From a virus (lineage: Duplodnaviria > Heunggongvirae > Uroviricota > Caudoviricetes), in the IMG/VR virus record IMGVR_UViG_3300021255_002251: a stretch of DNA of 64,000 bases. One strand, given 5' to 3'. Made by a program: the position numbers and the translations under genes. Shown piece by piece: positions 52,628-62,521 of this stretch. A model generated the notes under the pieces. That model was given only the letters and a program-made list of their open reading frames with translations. It had not been told where the DNA came from and did not search any database. Every line of letters begins with the position of its first letter. Within the stretch, counting starts at the first letter, position 1.

Positions 52628-53100
52628 GATTTAAAACACTTGTGGGCTTCCTCCGCCAAGATTCACCTCACAATCATGGGAGGCTACTTCCCAGCAGACT
52701 CACACCCACTCTACCCGTTAGACTGATTAGGAATCGGGCAGCAAACAGAATAGAGCGGTAGTACGGTTGGCTCTTTTCCAGAGTATCACTCTGGCAGTCT
52801 GCGCTTCACACACCGCTCCCCCAACCTAACTGATTAGGTAAGATTGGGAAATCGAAGTCTTTTGCCACTATTCTTGGCCCCTGGTTAAACTCCTTCAAAG
52901 ACATAGAAGGAAGGTCTTTATGTGGTACGGCCGATGTTACTCTGCCGATTGCTCCACAGAAACTTGTGGTAGCCGTGGGGACTCAAACCAACCCCATTCG
53001 GCGGCTACAGAAATTCAACGTCCAATTGTCAAAGAACCATTAGGAGGAATCTCTTTCTTGCCCATCTAGGTTCATGGCCTTGTTCCTCGAAACGCAGTAT

Positions 53101-53139
53101 AGTATACCATACAGTCAGTTGGCTTTCAATGGGGTGTAG
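53101..53139 (-). promoter_or_regulatory. sigma70-type promoter of the tRNA array: GGGGTGTAG box, TTGAAA (53124-53129), 17 nt, TGGTATACT (53101-53106)
   Basis: Minus strand reads CTACACCCCATTGAAAGCCAACTGACTGTATGGTATACT. About 470 nt of ORF-free leader precede tRNA-Val. Confidence 0.55.
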
Positions 53140-53157
53140 AATAAAAAGAAAAATTTT

Positions 53158-53901
53158 TTAGTCTTTCTCGAAAATGGACTTGATGCCGTATTCTGCCTTG
53201 AAGAATGACATCATAGCCTTTCCTACGAATGCCGAATCCCCTATGCTAAAGCAATCTCTATCCCCAATCTGTTCCCAGATGTCCGCTAGGCTCTTCGCTT
53301 GAAGTATCTTCACGTCTTCTCTTTTTGTGACCTTGGGAGCATTAGGAAATGTCTGCCAAGCATTCATCACGATCGAAGTAGGTTCTACCCCAAATGGAAG
53401 TCCATAGGATTCACGGAGTATGGGCTTTATTCTCCTTATCACTTCTGCGTGCATATGTGTGTTGCAGTGCTGTGAATAGTTTCTAGTAGGGAATCCATGC
53501 TTCTCGCAAAGCATTCTCGTGTCATAGAGTGACTTGTGATAGTTGTAGAAAGGGTCTAGTTCGTTTACACTCTTGCGGAGTGGCCCCTTTAGATAATATG
53601 GATAGTTATTGAAATCAACATACCTACAATAGAAATGATCGTCCGAGGAATATAGAAAATCACCATCTACTAATCCAAGGTCAACCACTTTCTCGATGCA
53701 CATCAATATATTAGAGTGCTTGTAGACATACTTATCCGCGACAGGTACTTTTATGACTTCATCAGAAAGCCATCTCGGGGGAGTACCTACAACAATCACC
53801 TTCCCGATGTTATTTCCATACATTGCTATGGAACGGAGAGACATCCTCAGTTCAAGGTTGCCATGTCTGCTTTCCGTTCCTATGACATAAACAATATCCA
53901 T
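53158..53901 (-). CDS. hypothetical protein (possible glycosyltransferase-like fold, weak)
   Basis: 247-aa ORF; YSSDDHFY might be a DXD-like motif; no firm assignment. Confidence 0.4.
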   Translation of the reverse strand: MDIVYVIGTESRHGNLELRMSLRSIAMYGNNIGKVIVVGTPPRWLSDEVIKVPVADKYVYKHSNILMCIEKVVDLGLVDGDFLYSSDDHFYCRYVDFNNYPYYLKGPLRKSVNELDPFYNYHKSLYDTRMLCEKHGFPTRNYSQHCNTHMHAEVIRRIKPILRESYGLPFGVEPTSIVMNAWQTFPNAPKVTKREDVKILQAKSLADIWEQIGDRDCFSIGDSAFVGKAMMSFFKAEYGIKSIFEKD

Positions 53902-53904
53902 GTT

Positions 53905-54138
53905 TTAGAATGAGAATTTTAATCCTATTTCCACTCCTTGATGGGGCTTCCTATCCTTGCCCTTCAACTCCACTATTTTGACGTATGGTTCTGGATTGAG
54001 TTCTGGAACGAGAGGCTCCCTTTTGAATGCCTCTTTGATTATGTCTTCTGACACTGGCTTCCCAAACGAGGAATAGAGAGCATCTTCTATCGTACTCTCA
54101 TCCTTCTTCTTGCCTGTAAGGACTTCATCCGCATCCAT
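53905..54138 (-). CDS. small hypothetical protein
   Basis: 77-aa ORF, co-oriented and tightly packed with its neighbours. Confidence 0.3.
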   Translation of the reverse strand: MDADEVLTGKKKDESTIEDALYSSFGKPVSEDIIKEAFKREPLVPELNPEPYVKIVELKGKDRKPHQGVEIGLKFSF

Positions 54139-54140
54139 CG

Positions 54141-56243
54141 CTACCCTCTAGGAGGAAGTTGTGGTTGTGCCTGAGGAACTTGTTGCGGCTGCTGGGCCTG
54201 TGCTTGAGGTTGTTGCCCCTGCTGTACCTGTGGCTGCTGCTCGGCTGGTGCTGGTACTTCCTGCCCAGTCTTCTTAAGGAAGTCCCTCATCACGCTCTTG
54301 AAAATTTCGTCGTTCTTCTGGACTTCTGGCGGCAGTTCTGGTGGAGGCTGTTCTCCTCCCTGACCAGGGATCCCGCCTCCCATGCCGCCGTCCATCCCTC
54401 CCGGCATTCCGGGCATTCCTCCTTGTTGGGCTGATGGGTCTTTTGCTTCCTCTATCTTGGTGAGGATTTCTGGAATGTCTGTCGGAATCGTCTGGAAAGC
54501 TGGGAGATTCGTCTTGCGGAGCATCGCACGACCTTCCGCAATGTCAATGAGTCCGGTATTGATAAGGTGAGCAACATACTGTGCCGTCTGCGAACTCATC
54601 TGTGCAACTTCGGACTCCTTCGGAACGTCGATAGGATTCCATTCTATGTCTAACTTCATGTCATCCTTGTCTGGATAGTTCGACGCACAATAAAGTTCGT
54701 AGAACATCTTGCACAAAGGAGTATAGTCGTTATTCTGGATAGCCTTTAGAGATTGGGCATAGTCGTCCCATTCGTATTGTCCTGTTGCCTGCAAGCCAGA
54801 AGGAACGTTTTTCAGCAACTTAGTGACAGGAATCTGTGCAATGGCAGCAACCAACTGATACTGCGACATCGTAAGAGGTGTGAGTTCCGACAGGTTCGTA
54901 TCCAACTGCGTCACGTTCGAAGACGGCTTCTTCACGAATATGGAGAAGTTGTCGCGGAAGAAGTTTATGGCATTGAAGAACTTGTTTGTACGGGCTGGGT
55001 CTGACTGCAACTGCTCAAGGTTTCCGTCTGCAATCAAAAGCCTCTTTGTCATTGCTAGGAGCGGTGCTTCATTAGCCAGTTTGTCCGCGGCCCACACTCT
55101 TTCATAAATCATCTGCGTCAAAGACAGTCCGCCATAGAGATACACCGGCTTGAAGATGTCAGGCAACTCGGAGTTTATTTTCCTTATAACCCAAGAGCGG
55201 TGGACTCTCTCTTCTCCTACCTTTATCCATGTAGGCTCTAGGAAGTGCGGTGAGAGTGGATTGGTTCGGCTGTCCTTGTCCCACTGGTAAGTAAGCCAGT
55301 GAGGGTCTATGACTGCAAAACCTTTGAACGAACCTGGTTTTATGGCTTTAGGATCGTAAGGGTCTGCATAGCTATATGGGGTTTTACCTGACTTGTCTGA
55401 TGGAGATCTATAATCATCCCTAAACTTCACCCATGGGATTGCGACACCAACGCCAAACACCTTCTTCTTGTAGTTTAGACGAATACATGCTTCGTTCAAC
55501 CCCATCCTATCGGCGGCTTTCTTAATCTCCGTCAGGAAATCTGCTTCCGCAGCATCATGCTCGTTGCTATGTTCATGCTTTGTAGATGAGCAGACGACCT
55601 TGTAACCATGTGCCATGGCATCTTCTGCAGGAATCATGCAGGCACGATTCACAAACTCATGTGTTGCTATGATTGCGCATCCCGTATATGTAATCCAAAT
55701 ACGAGATTGGAAGTGCTTGAGAACTCTTGGATTTATCGGGAAGCGTAGAAGAGGGTCTGGAAGCATCGCAAATCCGCCACCCTCTAACCCAGCATGAAGC
55801 CCCTGCCGTGGCGGATAACATCTCTGAGAACTTCTCGGAACGGCTCCCGGAAGATTTCCGCTTATGTTTCTCGGAAGAACGGACGGCTTTCCCGTAGGCA
55901 CACCATCTCCCTTTCCTCCAGTAACATCGTCCATCGTTGGGACGCTCATATCAACCATGTCGGTTTTTATGGGGAATGGGTCAACACCATCCTGTACCGC
56001 CTTGAAGAAGTCTGTAAGTCTGACTGGAAACAACTTGTCGATTGCCTCGGTGTACTCCTCATCCGTCATGGCGGATTCATCCATTACAGGGAACTCTCCA
56101 GAACCAGAATCAGGAGAGAACCCTATGCCGTCCTCGATAGCCTTCCTCATCTTCTGGATAGCAGATGGCTCACCCTCCGACCTCCCATGCTTCTTGTATT
56201 TCGGCTGGTCTTTCTTGCTACCTTTATGGAATAATCCGAACAT
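54141..56243 (-). CDS. large virion-type protein, possibly the portal; C-terminal Gly/Pro/Gln-rich low-complexity tail
   Basis: 700 aa. The central region is of portal-like size and composition. The C-terminal GGMPGMPGGMDGGMGGG...QQPQAQAQQPQQ tail is low-complexity. The assignment is tentative. Confidence 0.4.
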   Translation of the reverse strand: MFGLFHKGSKKDQPKYKKHGRSEGEPSAIQKMRKAIEDGIGFSPDSGSGEFPVMDESAMTDEEYTEAIDKLFPVRLTDFFKAVQDGVDPFPIKTDMVDMSVPTMDDVTGGKGDGVPTGKPSVLPRNISGNLPGAVPRSSQRCYPPRQGLHAGLEGGGFAMLPDPLLRFPINPRVLKHFQSRIWITYTGCAIIATHEFVNRACMIPAEDAMAHGYKVVCSSTKHEHSNEHDAAEADFLTEIKKAADRMGLNEACIRLNYKKKVFGVGVAIPWVKFRDDYRSPSDKSGKTPYSYADPYDPKAIKPGSFKGFAVIDPHWLTYQWDKDSRTNPLSPHFLEPTWIKVGEERVHRSWVIRKINSELPDIFKPVYLYGGLSLTQMIYERVWAADKLANEAPLLAMTKRLLIADGNLEQLQSDPARTNKFFNAINFFRDNFSIFVKKPSSNVTQLDTNLSELTPLTMSQYQLVAAIAQIPVTKLLKNVPSGLQATGQYEWDDYAQSLKAIQNNDYTPLCKMFYELYCASNYPDKDDMKLDIEWNPIDVPKESEVAQMSSQTAQYVAHLINTGLIDIAEGRAMLRKTNLPAFQTIPTDIPEILTKIEEAKDPSAQQGGMPGMPGGMDGGMGGGIPGQGGEQPPPELPPEVQKNDEIFKSVMRDFLKKTGQEVPAPAEQQPQVQQGQQPQAQAQQPQQVPQAQPQLPPRG

Positions 56244-56279
56244 CCTATCCGTCTCCTTGAACTATGCCGAAACCAACAA

Positions 56280-57089
56280 CTAGCAAGATGCCTTTAGTCG
56301 TGTAAATTCAGACTTAGAGATTAGCCCAGTTGCTACTAGGGTAGCGAGTCCACCTACGTACTGACTCTTGTTTATCTTCCCACCTCGAAGAAGGTTGCGG
56401 AGGTTTAGTACGCTTGCATTGTCGTCCTCTGTAGACTTCTCTTCCCCTTCCCTCATTTGTAATATTCCAGACGGAGGGATTGCTTTATCATCTTCGATGC
56501 TTGGGGCTTTGTCTTCTGTAGGCGATTGAGGGGTTTCTTCAGCCTCTGCTAGGTCAGGGTATTTTTCAAAAACCCCTTTGAACTCTACTGGGTCGAGAAG
56601 CCCCTTCTCGAATAGGTATTTCAGCCCGCTATCTTTCACTATGTCCTGTTTCACGCTTTTAATGTATTGTTCCTTCGGCTGCCTGTTGTTGGACAGACAA
56701 TCTAGGAAAGTGTACTTCCCGCTTGTACGGATTTCATCAAATCCCATTATCGGGCCTGGTGGAGGAGGGACGTATATCTGCGGTTGGTAAGCAAGAGCCT
56801 GACTATTCAAGATGGAAGCCATGCTTTTCTCCATCTCTGTGAGATACCACTTCTGCACCTTGTCATCCATAGCCAGTCCGAACGACACTCCCTGCATATA
56901 TGCTAGTGCTAGTTCGGCCTTTCTAAGGAGGGCATTGTCTATGCAGCACTGGGCATTTTCGCTGATGCACGTTGCTATCTGGTTCGCCGCTTCATAGAAC
57001 AACTGCGACGCCTCGCACATGGCATCTCCGATGGCCGTGTCTTGGTCAAGTGCTACCTTTTCCGTTTTCTGCTCGGTATTCTCTTGCAT
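56280..57089 (-). CDS. hypothetical protein (possible scaffold-like)
   Basis: 269-aa acidic ORF next to the portal-like gene. Confidence 0.4.
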   Translation of the reverse strand: MQENTEQKTEKVALDQDTAIGDAMCEASQLFYEAANQIATCISENAQCCIDNALLRKAELALAYMQGVSFGLAMDDKVQKWYLTEMEKSMASILNSQALAYQPQIYVPPPPGPIMGFDEIRTSGKYTFLDCLSNNRQPKEQYIKSVKQDIVKDSGLKYLFEKGLLDPVEFKGVFEKYPDLAEAEETPQSPTEDKAPSIEDDKAIPPSGILQMREGEEKSTEDDNASVLNLRNLLRGGKINKSQYVGGLATLVATGLISKSEFTRLKASC

Positions 57090-57333
57090 AATGCACCTTA
57101 ATCTATTGCCCTATATGCAAAAAATGCCGTGCAGACAACCGCACGGCTCTTATTTTTGACTGAGACTCAACCTTTTTCTCCGATAGACAATCATACCACC
57201 TCCTGCATTCCTTATTGGATTCTGTGTAGAGGTGTCCAGACATTGAGACACCTCCTCCCAGTGAAATCCGCTATGAGGGTTCTTGGACTTCATTGAATTA
57301 CTCTTCAATGGATCCATAACAATGTATCTTACA

Positions 57334-58044
57334 TTACCCAAACACAGCCTCCATCTGTATCTCAATATCCTGCTTGGAATATATCTCGTCTGGAATCAAG
57401 AATCCATTGCTTGTAGGCTTGAAGCTATCAGCTTTTCTTGCCTCTTCGAGCGAATGATATGGCTTGTCTCCATCTCCCTTCAATGCTACTAGTTCATATC
57501 CTTTGCATAGAGTGCCATTCATTATCGCAGCATGAACCGACTGTTTTGTACACCCTATGGCTCTACCTGTTTCTCCACATCCAATATATTCTCCAATCTT
57601 CTTTCCGTTAGAGATAACTAAAATCTTATAGATTGCAAGATTGCCCCTTGCCATCAAATTTCTATCCCTCCTGCAACCCCATTCGAGATTTGATGCCTTG
57701 CAGTTTTCCACATCCCCATCCTTGAAGAATACCATGTCGTACTCTTTTGGCTTTGGATTTGGAACAAAGCATTCGGCTACTAGCCGATGGACCAAGAATC
57801 CCTTCCCATATAGAGACTTCTTTAGGGTTCCTCCGCCGATGAATCTCCTCCCTCTAGAATCCTTTCCGCACTTGAAGATTTTTCCATTACACTTATATGT
57901 TACGGGAACACCAAGACGAATGAAACTCCTATAATAAGGGAGTGTCCTTACTCTCCCTAAATTAGAAACCTCCACCCTCTGACAATTGAGAGAGGGAGGA
58001 GATTTCCAGATTTCCTTATGATTTGTCTCATTAGCAGTAGCCAT
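57334..58044 (-). CDS. HNH homing endonuclease (NUMOD4 plus HNH_3 plus C-terminal HTH)
   Basis: VSNLGRVRT (NUMOD4-like), ...VHRLVAECF (HNH_3 core), C-terminal GCTKQSVHAAIMNGTLCKGY HTH-like. Confidence 0.6.
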   Translation of the reverse strand: MATANETNHKEIWKSPPSLNCQRVEVSNLGRVRTLPYYRSFIRLGVPVTYKCNGKIFKCGKDSRGRRFIGGGTLKKSLYGKGFLVHRLVAECFVPNPKPKEYDMVFFKDGDVENCKASNLEWGCRRDRNLMARGNLAIYKILVISNGKKIGEYIGCGETGRAIGCTKQSVHAAIMNGTLCKGYELVALKGDGDKPYHSLEEARKADSFKPTSNGFLIPDEIYSKQDIEIQMEAVFG

Positions 58045-58321
58045 TCACAAACTCCATAAATGGAATCTTCAAGCGCATCCAAGTACCATCCTTGAATAGG
58101 ATTTTCGTGCCAGATTCGCACGAACTTCCGTTATCCCCAACCATAACGGTTATTCGCTTTCCTGTCACGAACCGATACGTCCAATCGGCTATCCGCTGGA
58201 ACACGTTTCTGATAGGAGGCTTGCAGAACACATAGGGCTCCACTGCCTTGACCTCAGTCTGGTCAAGGCAGCAGAGAACTTCCCCATGGTACTTTATCTG
58301 TACCGAATTCGCCATAGACAA
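58031..58321 (-). CDS. hypothetical protein
   Basis: 96-aa ORF. Confidence 0.3.
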   Translation of the reverse strand: MSMANSVQIKYHGEVLCCLDQTEVKAVEPYVFCKPPIRNVFQRIADWTYRFVTGKRITVMVGDNGSSCESGTKILFKDGTWMRLKIPFMEFVNGYC

Positions 58322-58324
58322 GGA

Positions 58325-59293
58325 TTACTCCTCTCCACCTTCGGACTCGGGGCTATCTTCCCCTTCTCCGTCGTTCTCTTCGACGACATCCGCTTCTATT
58401 GCTCCATCCGCTGGATTTGCTGCGAAGATTCCCTCCGTCTTGATTGTAGAGGCATCCTTCTCTATGCCATCTCGCACGGTATTATCCATCGTAAAGGCAT
58501 TTGCGAACATCGCATCCTCAGAAGCCTTCGGAGCATACTTCAATGCCTGTAGAAGAACAGTTTTCTTCGCCATACTATCGAAGTCCGAAGCCCAAGGGCC
58601 AGAGAACGTACCAGTCTTCTTGTTGTACGACTTGGAGAACTTCTTTGCATGCTCTATGACACGGAACTTAGGCATGTATGCGGTGATTACCGCTCCTTCC
58701 GTCTTGCTTCCGTCTGGATTGATTGTATCCTTCATGTGAATTACGGCATAGTACCCAACCGCTTCACCAGGGTCGCCCTCATCGTAAGGAATGTGCTTCA
58801 ACTTCTCATTGATGCCCTTCTCATACTCCCAGAAGTCCTTTGCATAGCGGACTTCCGCCGTAATCGACTTCACTTTCCCAGAACGGAATGCGAGGTCGAT
58901 ATATCCCAGATAGCCAATCTGAAACTGAACCATCGGGACTTTCTTCCCGGTATTCTTGTCGATGTTGTTGTATGGGAGAAGGTATGCCTTGCCCATCGGA
59001 GTGTTAGGCTCAAGACCCAACTGGGCCGCATTCATCATAGAACCGAGGAACGTTGCGGGGGATAGAGCGCATGCCTGTGCGAGCTTCGGGTTGGAGGAGA
59101 TTGCAGTCAGTGCAATTCTGACGAATCTCTTTTCGTCCCAACCTTTAGGAAGCGCATTGGCGATTTCTCCAATCCTCTTCTCTAGCATCCCCTTCACTCG
59201 CTGTGCTGGAGTTAGGGCTTTCTGCTGTGTCTGCGTCGCGACAGCAGTTGTCTGCTTTGCGGCCGCTTTCAATGAACTTGTATCCATTGCCAT
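58325..59293 (-). CDS. recT: RecT-family single-strand annealing protein
   Basis: QFQIGYLGYIDLAFRSGKV matches the RecT signature (F-x-I-G-Y-x-G-x-I-x-L-A-x-R-S-G). Acidic C-terminal tail. Confidence 0.75.
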   Translation of the reverse strand: MAMDTSSLKAAAKQTTAVATQTQQKALTPAQRVKGMLEKRIGEIANALPKGWDEKRFVRIALTAISSNPKLAQACALSPATFLGSMMNAAQLGLEPNTPMGKAYLLPYNNIDKNTGKKVPMVQFQIGYLGYIDLAFRSGKVKSITAEVRYAKDFWEYEKGINEKLKHIPYDEGDPGEAVGYYAVIHMKDTINPDGSKTEGAVITAYMPKFRVIEHAKKFSKSYNKKTGTFSGPWASDFDSMAKKTVLLQALKYAPKASEDAMFANAFTMDNTVRDGIEKDASTIKTEGIFAANPADGAIEADVVEENDGEGEDSPESEGGEE

Positions 59294-59335
59294 TTTGTTT
59301 TTCCTTTCGTCTTTCTTTGTTTACTGAAACAAATC

Positions 59336-60526
59336 CTATGCTTTCTTGCGGGAAGGATAGAAGCGAATTCCTCTATAATCATCACTCTTCGTAATCATCC
59401 CATCTGGAATCTTCTCGCCCTTCGCCTCAAAATAAGCCTTCACCGCCTGTACGCTAGCAGTCTCTCTACCGGATACCATCTTGTAGGTTACGGAACACCC
59501 TGGGACGACGAACTTCTCCTTGTCTTTCATGATGGCAGCGAGCTTATTGTCACATTCGTCCTTTTCCTTCTCGCGCATCTTGATTGTCTTGTCGCACTCT
59601 ATCCTTTGCGCAACGAGACGGCAAACTTCGTCACCTTTCGCATCTACAAACGCATTCCCATCGTCCTGCACACCATAAATCTCTGCGCTGTCAAACGTCA
59701 CGACAGAAGACGGCTTTGGTCTAGGATTAGAGTAAGCGAGAGCCCTTGCCGTGGATTCCGAGCCGTCGATTTCCTCTATGGGCCAGACATCCATGTTGCC
59801 TTTCTTGCCCTCATTCACCCTATGAACGAAGTTTGCCGCCGCTAGTTCTACTGCATCGAGTGCTTCCTTATCAACATAGTATGCTGCAACTAGCCAGTTC
59901 TGTTTCTGCCATTCCTCACTCTCTTCTGGTGTAAGGATTTCTCCTCCGTCTACTTTCGTCTTTAGATAGTTGAATCTGTCTGCCTCTTCCTTGATGGTAG
60001 TCATCATGTATATGTTGAAGGCAACTCCGTAGATGAGGATTGCGATATACCACCGTTTGCGCTCAGTCACCTTGAGATAGCAACAGCACTGGTCAAAATA
60101 CTGCTGCGGGAAGTCTCCTCTTGGGAACTTCTTCATTACAATCTCTTTAGCCGTCTTGCACTCCAATCCAGATTCTCCATCAAGGCAAAGTCGGTCTGGC
60201 GTTGCGAAAAGATGCGGTGCATCAGAGTTGGTAAAGATGTAAGGTACTTCCTCAACTCCAATTCCCGACTCTTTTGCAAATCGTTCCGCAACTGCCGCCT
60301 CAAACATCACACCCTGCTTGATAGCCTCCTTGTCGGAGATGTCCTCTGGCTCATATAATCCAACCATCTCACACCATAGCGCATAAGGAGACTTGTAAGG
60401 GTTATCACCTACGGCCGCTCCAATGTCTGAACCGCCAAGTCTTCCTTGGTTAGCTAGTTCTGTTCTAATCTTCAACCATCCAGGCTTGTCGTTCAGGTCG
60501 AACTTGTGTCTTATGATCTCACCCAT
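59336..60526 (-). CDS. YqaJ / lambda-Exo-like viral recombinase exonuclease (PD-(D/E)xK)
   Basis: LGGSDIGAAVGDNPYKSPYALWCEM is the YqaJ N-terminal motif; paired with the downstream recT. Confidence 0.75.
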   Translation of the reverse strand: MGEIIRHKFDLNDKPGWLKIRTELANQGRLGGSDIGAAVGDNPYKSPYALWCEMVGLYEPEDISDKEAIKQGVMFEAAVAERFAKESGIGVEEVPYIFTNSDAPHLFATPDRLCLDGESGLECKTAKEIVMKKFPRGDFPQQYFDQCCCYLKVTERKRWYIAILIYGVAFNIYMMTTIKEEADRFNYLKTKVDGGEILTPEESEEWQKQNWLVAAYYVDKEALDAVELAAANFVHRVNEGKKGNMDVWPIEEIDGSESTARALAYSNPRPKPSSVVTFDSAEIYGVQDDGNAFVDAKGDEVCRLVAQRIECDKTIKMREKEKDECDNKLAAIMKDKEKFVVPGCSVTYKMVSGRETASVQAVKAYFEAKGEKIPDGMITKSDDYRGIRFYPSRKKA

Positions 60527-60564
60527 TTTGCTTTAGCCTTCCTTGCTTCTCGTTTGCGAAACTG

Positions 60565-60594
60565 ATTATACCACACTTGCATGTGGAAGTCTAT
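60565..60594 (-). promoter_or_regulatory. promoter with extended -10 TGTGGTATAAT (60565-60570); weak -35
   Basis: Minus strand reads ...CATGCAAGTGTGGTATAAT upstream of the exonuclease gene. Confidence 0.45.
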
Positions 60595-60768
60595 CTGAAA
60601 TCATTTTCTTTTTCCGAATCATTACCACTAGAGTTTCCTGTGGCTGCATTGCGGCTATGGTTAAGCTAACCGTCCCTTCTCCAATGTACATACCTCCATT
60701 TGGACGGTCTTTGCGTCGGTGATTCCCCGCATCGCAAGTTTGAACAACATATGGAATGTTTTCCCACA

Positions 60769-61416
60769 TCAGTTGAACCACTTAAGAATAGTATCGCCCT
60801 TATATCCCTTCTCAAAGATGAACCATGAGTAAGATTGAGCTGCACCAGTTGTACTCTCAAAGTCTCCATTCTTTGCGCACACTATACGTTTGCTTGTCAC
60901 CCATACCCTCTTTGGAGGATTCTCATCAAACAATTTTCTCCTTGCCTGCCCTTCGAGGAAAAGAGTCCGTAGAAACATCGCTACCTTCTGACCTTCTGGA
61001 ATGATAGATAAGGCTTTCTCTATAATCTCCTGTGCAAAAGCAAAAGGAGGATTCGTAACGATAGCTCCATTCCATTCCGTGATGCTTTGGTCTAGAAAGT
61101 TGATACCTCCTTGCCCATAACCTCTATCTATGAGGTCGGTAGACTTTACTTGGTATCCATGAGATTCAAACACCTTTGACAAGTGCCCGGCGCCGCAACA
61201 GCACTCCCATATCGGTCCGTCGAACTTCTCCAATTGCATTAGCCATTCACCAGCCACTGGGTGAGAGGCATAGAAGTCTTCGTTTTGCCGTTCGCCCTTG
61301 CTATGGTTGGAAGCTCCAACAGTTACAAACACGGAATGTGTGTCGCCACTCCAGTCCTTTTTGGTCTTGTCTTCTATCGGATTACCAAAGAGGTCGTATT
61401 GAACAATGTCACTCAC
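60769..61416 (-). CDS. DNA N6-adenine methyltransferase (NPPF class)
   Basis: SAM motif I ECCCGAGHL and catalytic motif IV VTNPPFAFAQE. Confidence 0.7.
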   Translation of the reverse strand: MSDIVQYDLFGNPIEDKTKKDWSGDTHSVFVTVGASNHSKGERQNEDFYASHPVAGEWLMQLEKFDGPIWECCCGAGHLSKVFESHGYQVKSTDLIDRGYGQGGINFLDQSITEWNGAIVTNPPFAFAQEIIEKALSIIPEGQKVAMFLRTLFLEGQARRKLFDENPPKRVWVTSKRIVCAKNGDFESTTGAAQSYSWFIFEKGYKGDTILKWFN

Positions 61417-61419
61417 CTA

Positions 61420-62211
61420 TTAATCCTCCAGTGGAATTCCTAGGTATTCGTGGCAATAAGCCAATCCATTCTCTCTTCGTAGCATATCTGCCGTTAGGTA
61501 GAAACTGTCTCCTAGCATTTCTCTCTCCATGTCGAGATAGCACGGCTTGAAGAAGTGCTTTCCGTTGTATGGACTCTTTTTCCTATTCTCCTCTACGAAC
61601 TTGTTAATCCAATGGCTTTTCCGAAGAGGGGGGTTGAATGTGCTTATGACAATTGGATTCTCTTTCAAAGGCAACGCCAGAAGAAGTCTTTTGTACTCCT
61701 CTTCAGATTCGAGCTGGTCCGCTTCTTCTATCCAGACTATCCGTGCCGGTATTGCAACAGTCTTCTCATGAAGCCAGTCCAATCCTGTCTCCAACCCATA
61801 GAACCGTATCGCCCTGCCGCCATAGTTTATCTGCATAGGGTTAGATAGACTATAGCAAAGCTCATCCTCTATCCCAAGTTGTTTTGCAGTAAACTCCAAC
61901 TGGGCAAAGCATGAATCCTTCAAGTCTCTCCCATGCTTGCGAATGCAGATCCCCCATGCATCGAGTTCTTTGATGTCTTTCAGCATCATACCTGCGGCAA
62001 TAGAGGACTTGCAACATCCCCTTCCGCCATAGATGAACATCTCGCATCTTTCGGCACAGTTAGTATGCGGCTCTTCTATGAACCGATTGAAGCACGAAAC
62101 AGCATTCTTGATTTCAGTTGCTCTTGGAGGAATGATTTTGGTTAGCAACATTTCTTTCTCCTTCGCCATGAGTTGTTGAAAGTAATACAAAAGGCTGGAA
62201 CATCGTAGCAA
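61420..62211 (-). CDS. P-loop NTPase (Walker A GGRGCCKS, Walker B IVWIEEAD), terminase-ATPase-like fold
   Basis: Motifs as quoted. Only 263 aa with no nuclease domain, so it is not called a terminase. Confidence 0.45.
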   Translation of the reverse strand: MLRCSSLLYYFQQLMAKEKEMLLTKIIPPRATEIKNAVSCFNRFIEEPHTNCAERCEMFIYGGRGCCKSSIAAGMMLKDIKELDAWGICIRKHGRDLKDSCFAQLEFTAKQLGIEDELCYSLSNPMQINYGGRAIRFYGLETGLDWLHEKTVAIPARIVWIEEADQLESEEEYKRLLLALPLKENPIVISTFNPPLRKSHWINKFVEENRKKSPYNGKHFFKPCYLDMEREMLGDSFYLTADMLRRENGLAYCHEYLGIPLED

Positions 62212-62521
62212 GACACGGAGTTGATTCTTCGTTCAACATGATTCCGCAGCCACCCTTGCCATTCTTCCAGTTGTTTCCGCACCTATCGAGAACAGCAGTT
62301 GCTTTTTTCCTCATGCTTTCGCTCACTACTATTTTCTTATGCTTCTTCACTTGAATCAAAGTTGGAAGGTTGTCTCCCCCACAAGCTCCCGCTAGGAGAG
62401 AACCTGAACACTCATGCCAGAAGTGATTTCCAAAGCGAATAGTAATACCTATTTGCCCATAGTAAGAACCTTCCTTTAGTCTTCTTACCTCTTCTCTCTC
62501 TTTGTCTGTAAGAAGATTCAT
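62114..62521 (-). CDS. hypothetical protein
   Basis: 135-aa ORF overlapping the 3' end of the ATPase gene. Confidence 0.3.
   Translation of the reverse strand: MNLLTDKEREEVRRLKEGSYYGQIGITIRFGNHFWHECSGSLLAGACGGDNLPTLIQVKKHKKIVVSESMRKKATAVLDRCGNNWKNGKGGCGIMLNEESTPCLATMFQPFVLLSTTHGEGERNVANQNHSSKSN

Noticed and set aside
60566-60869. Two small overlapping minus-strand ORFs (71 and 67 aa) upstream of the NPPF methyltransferase
   Set aside because: They overlap the promoter region and each other, and lack RBSs; likely non-coding leader.
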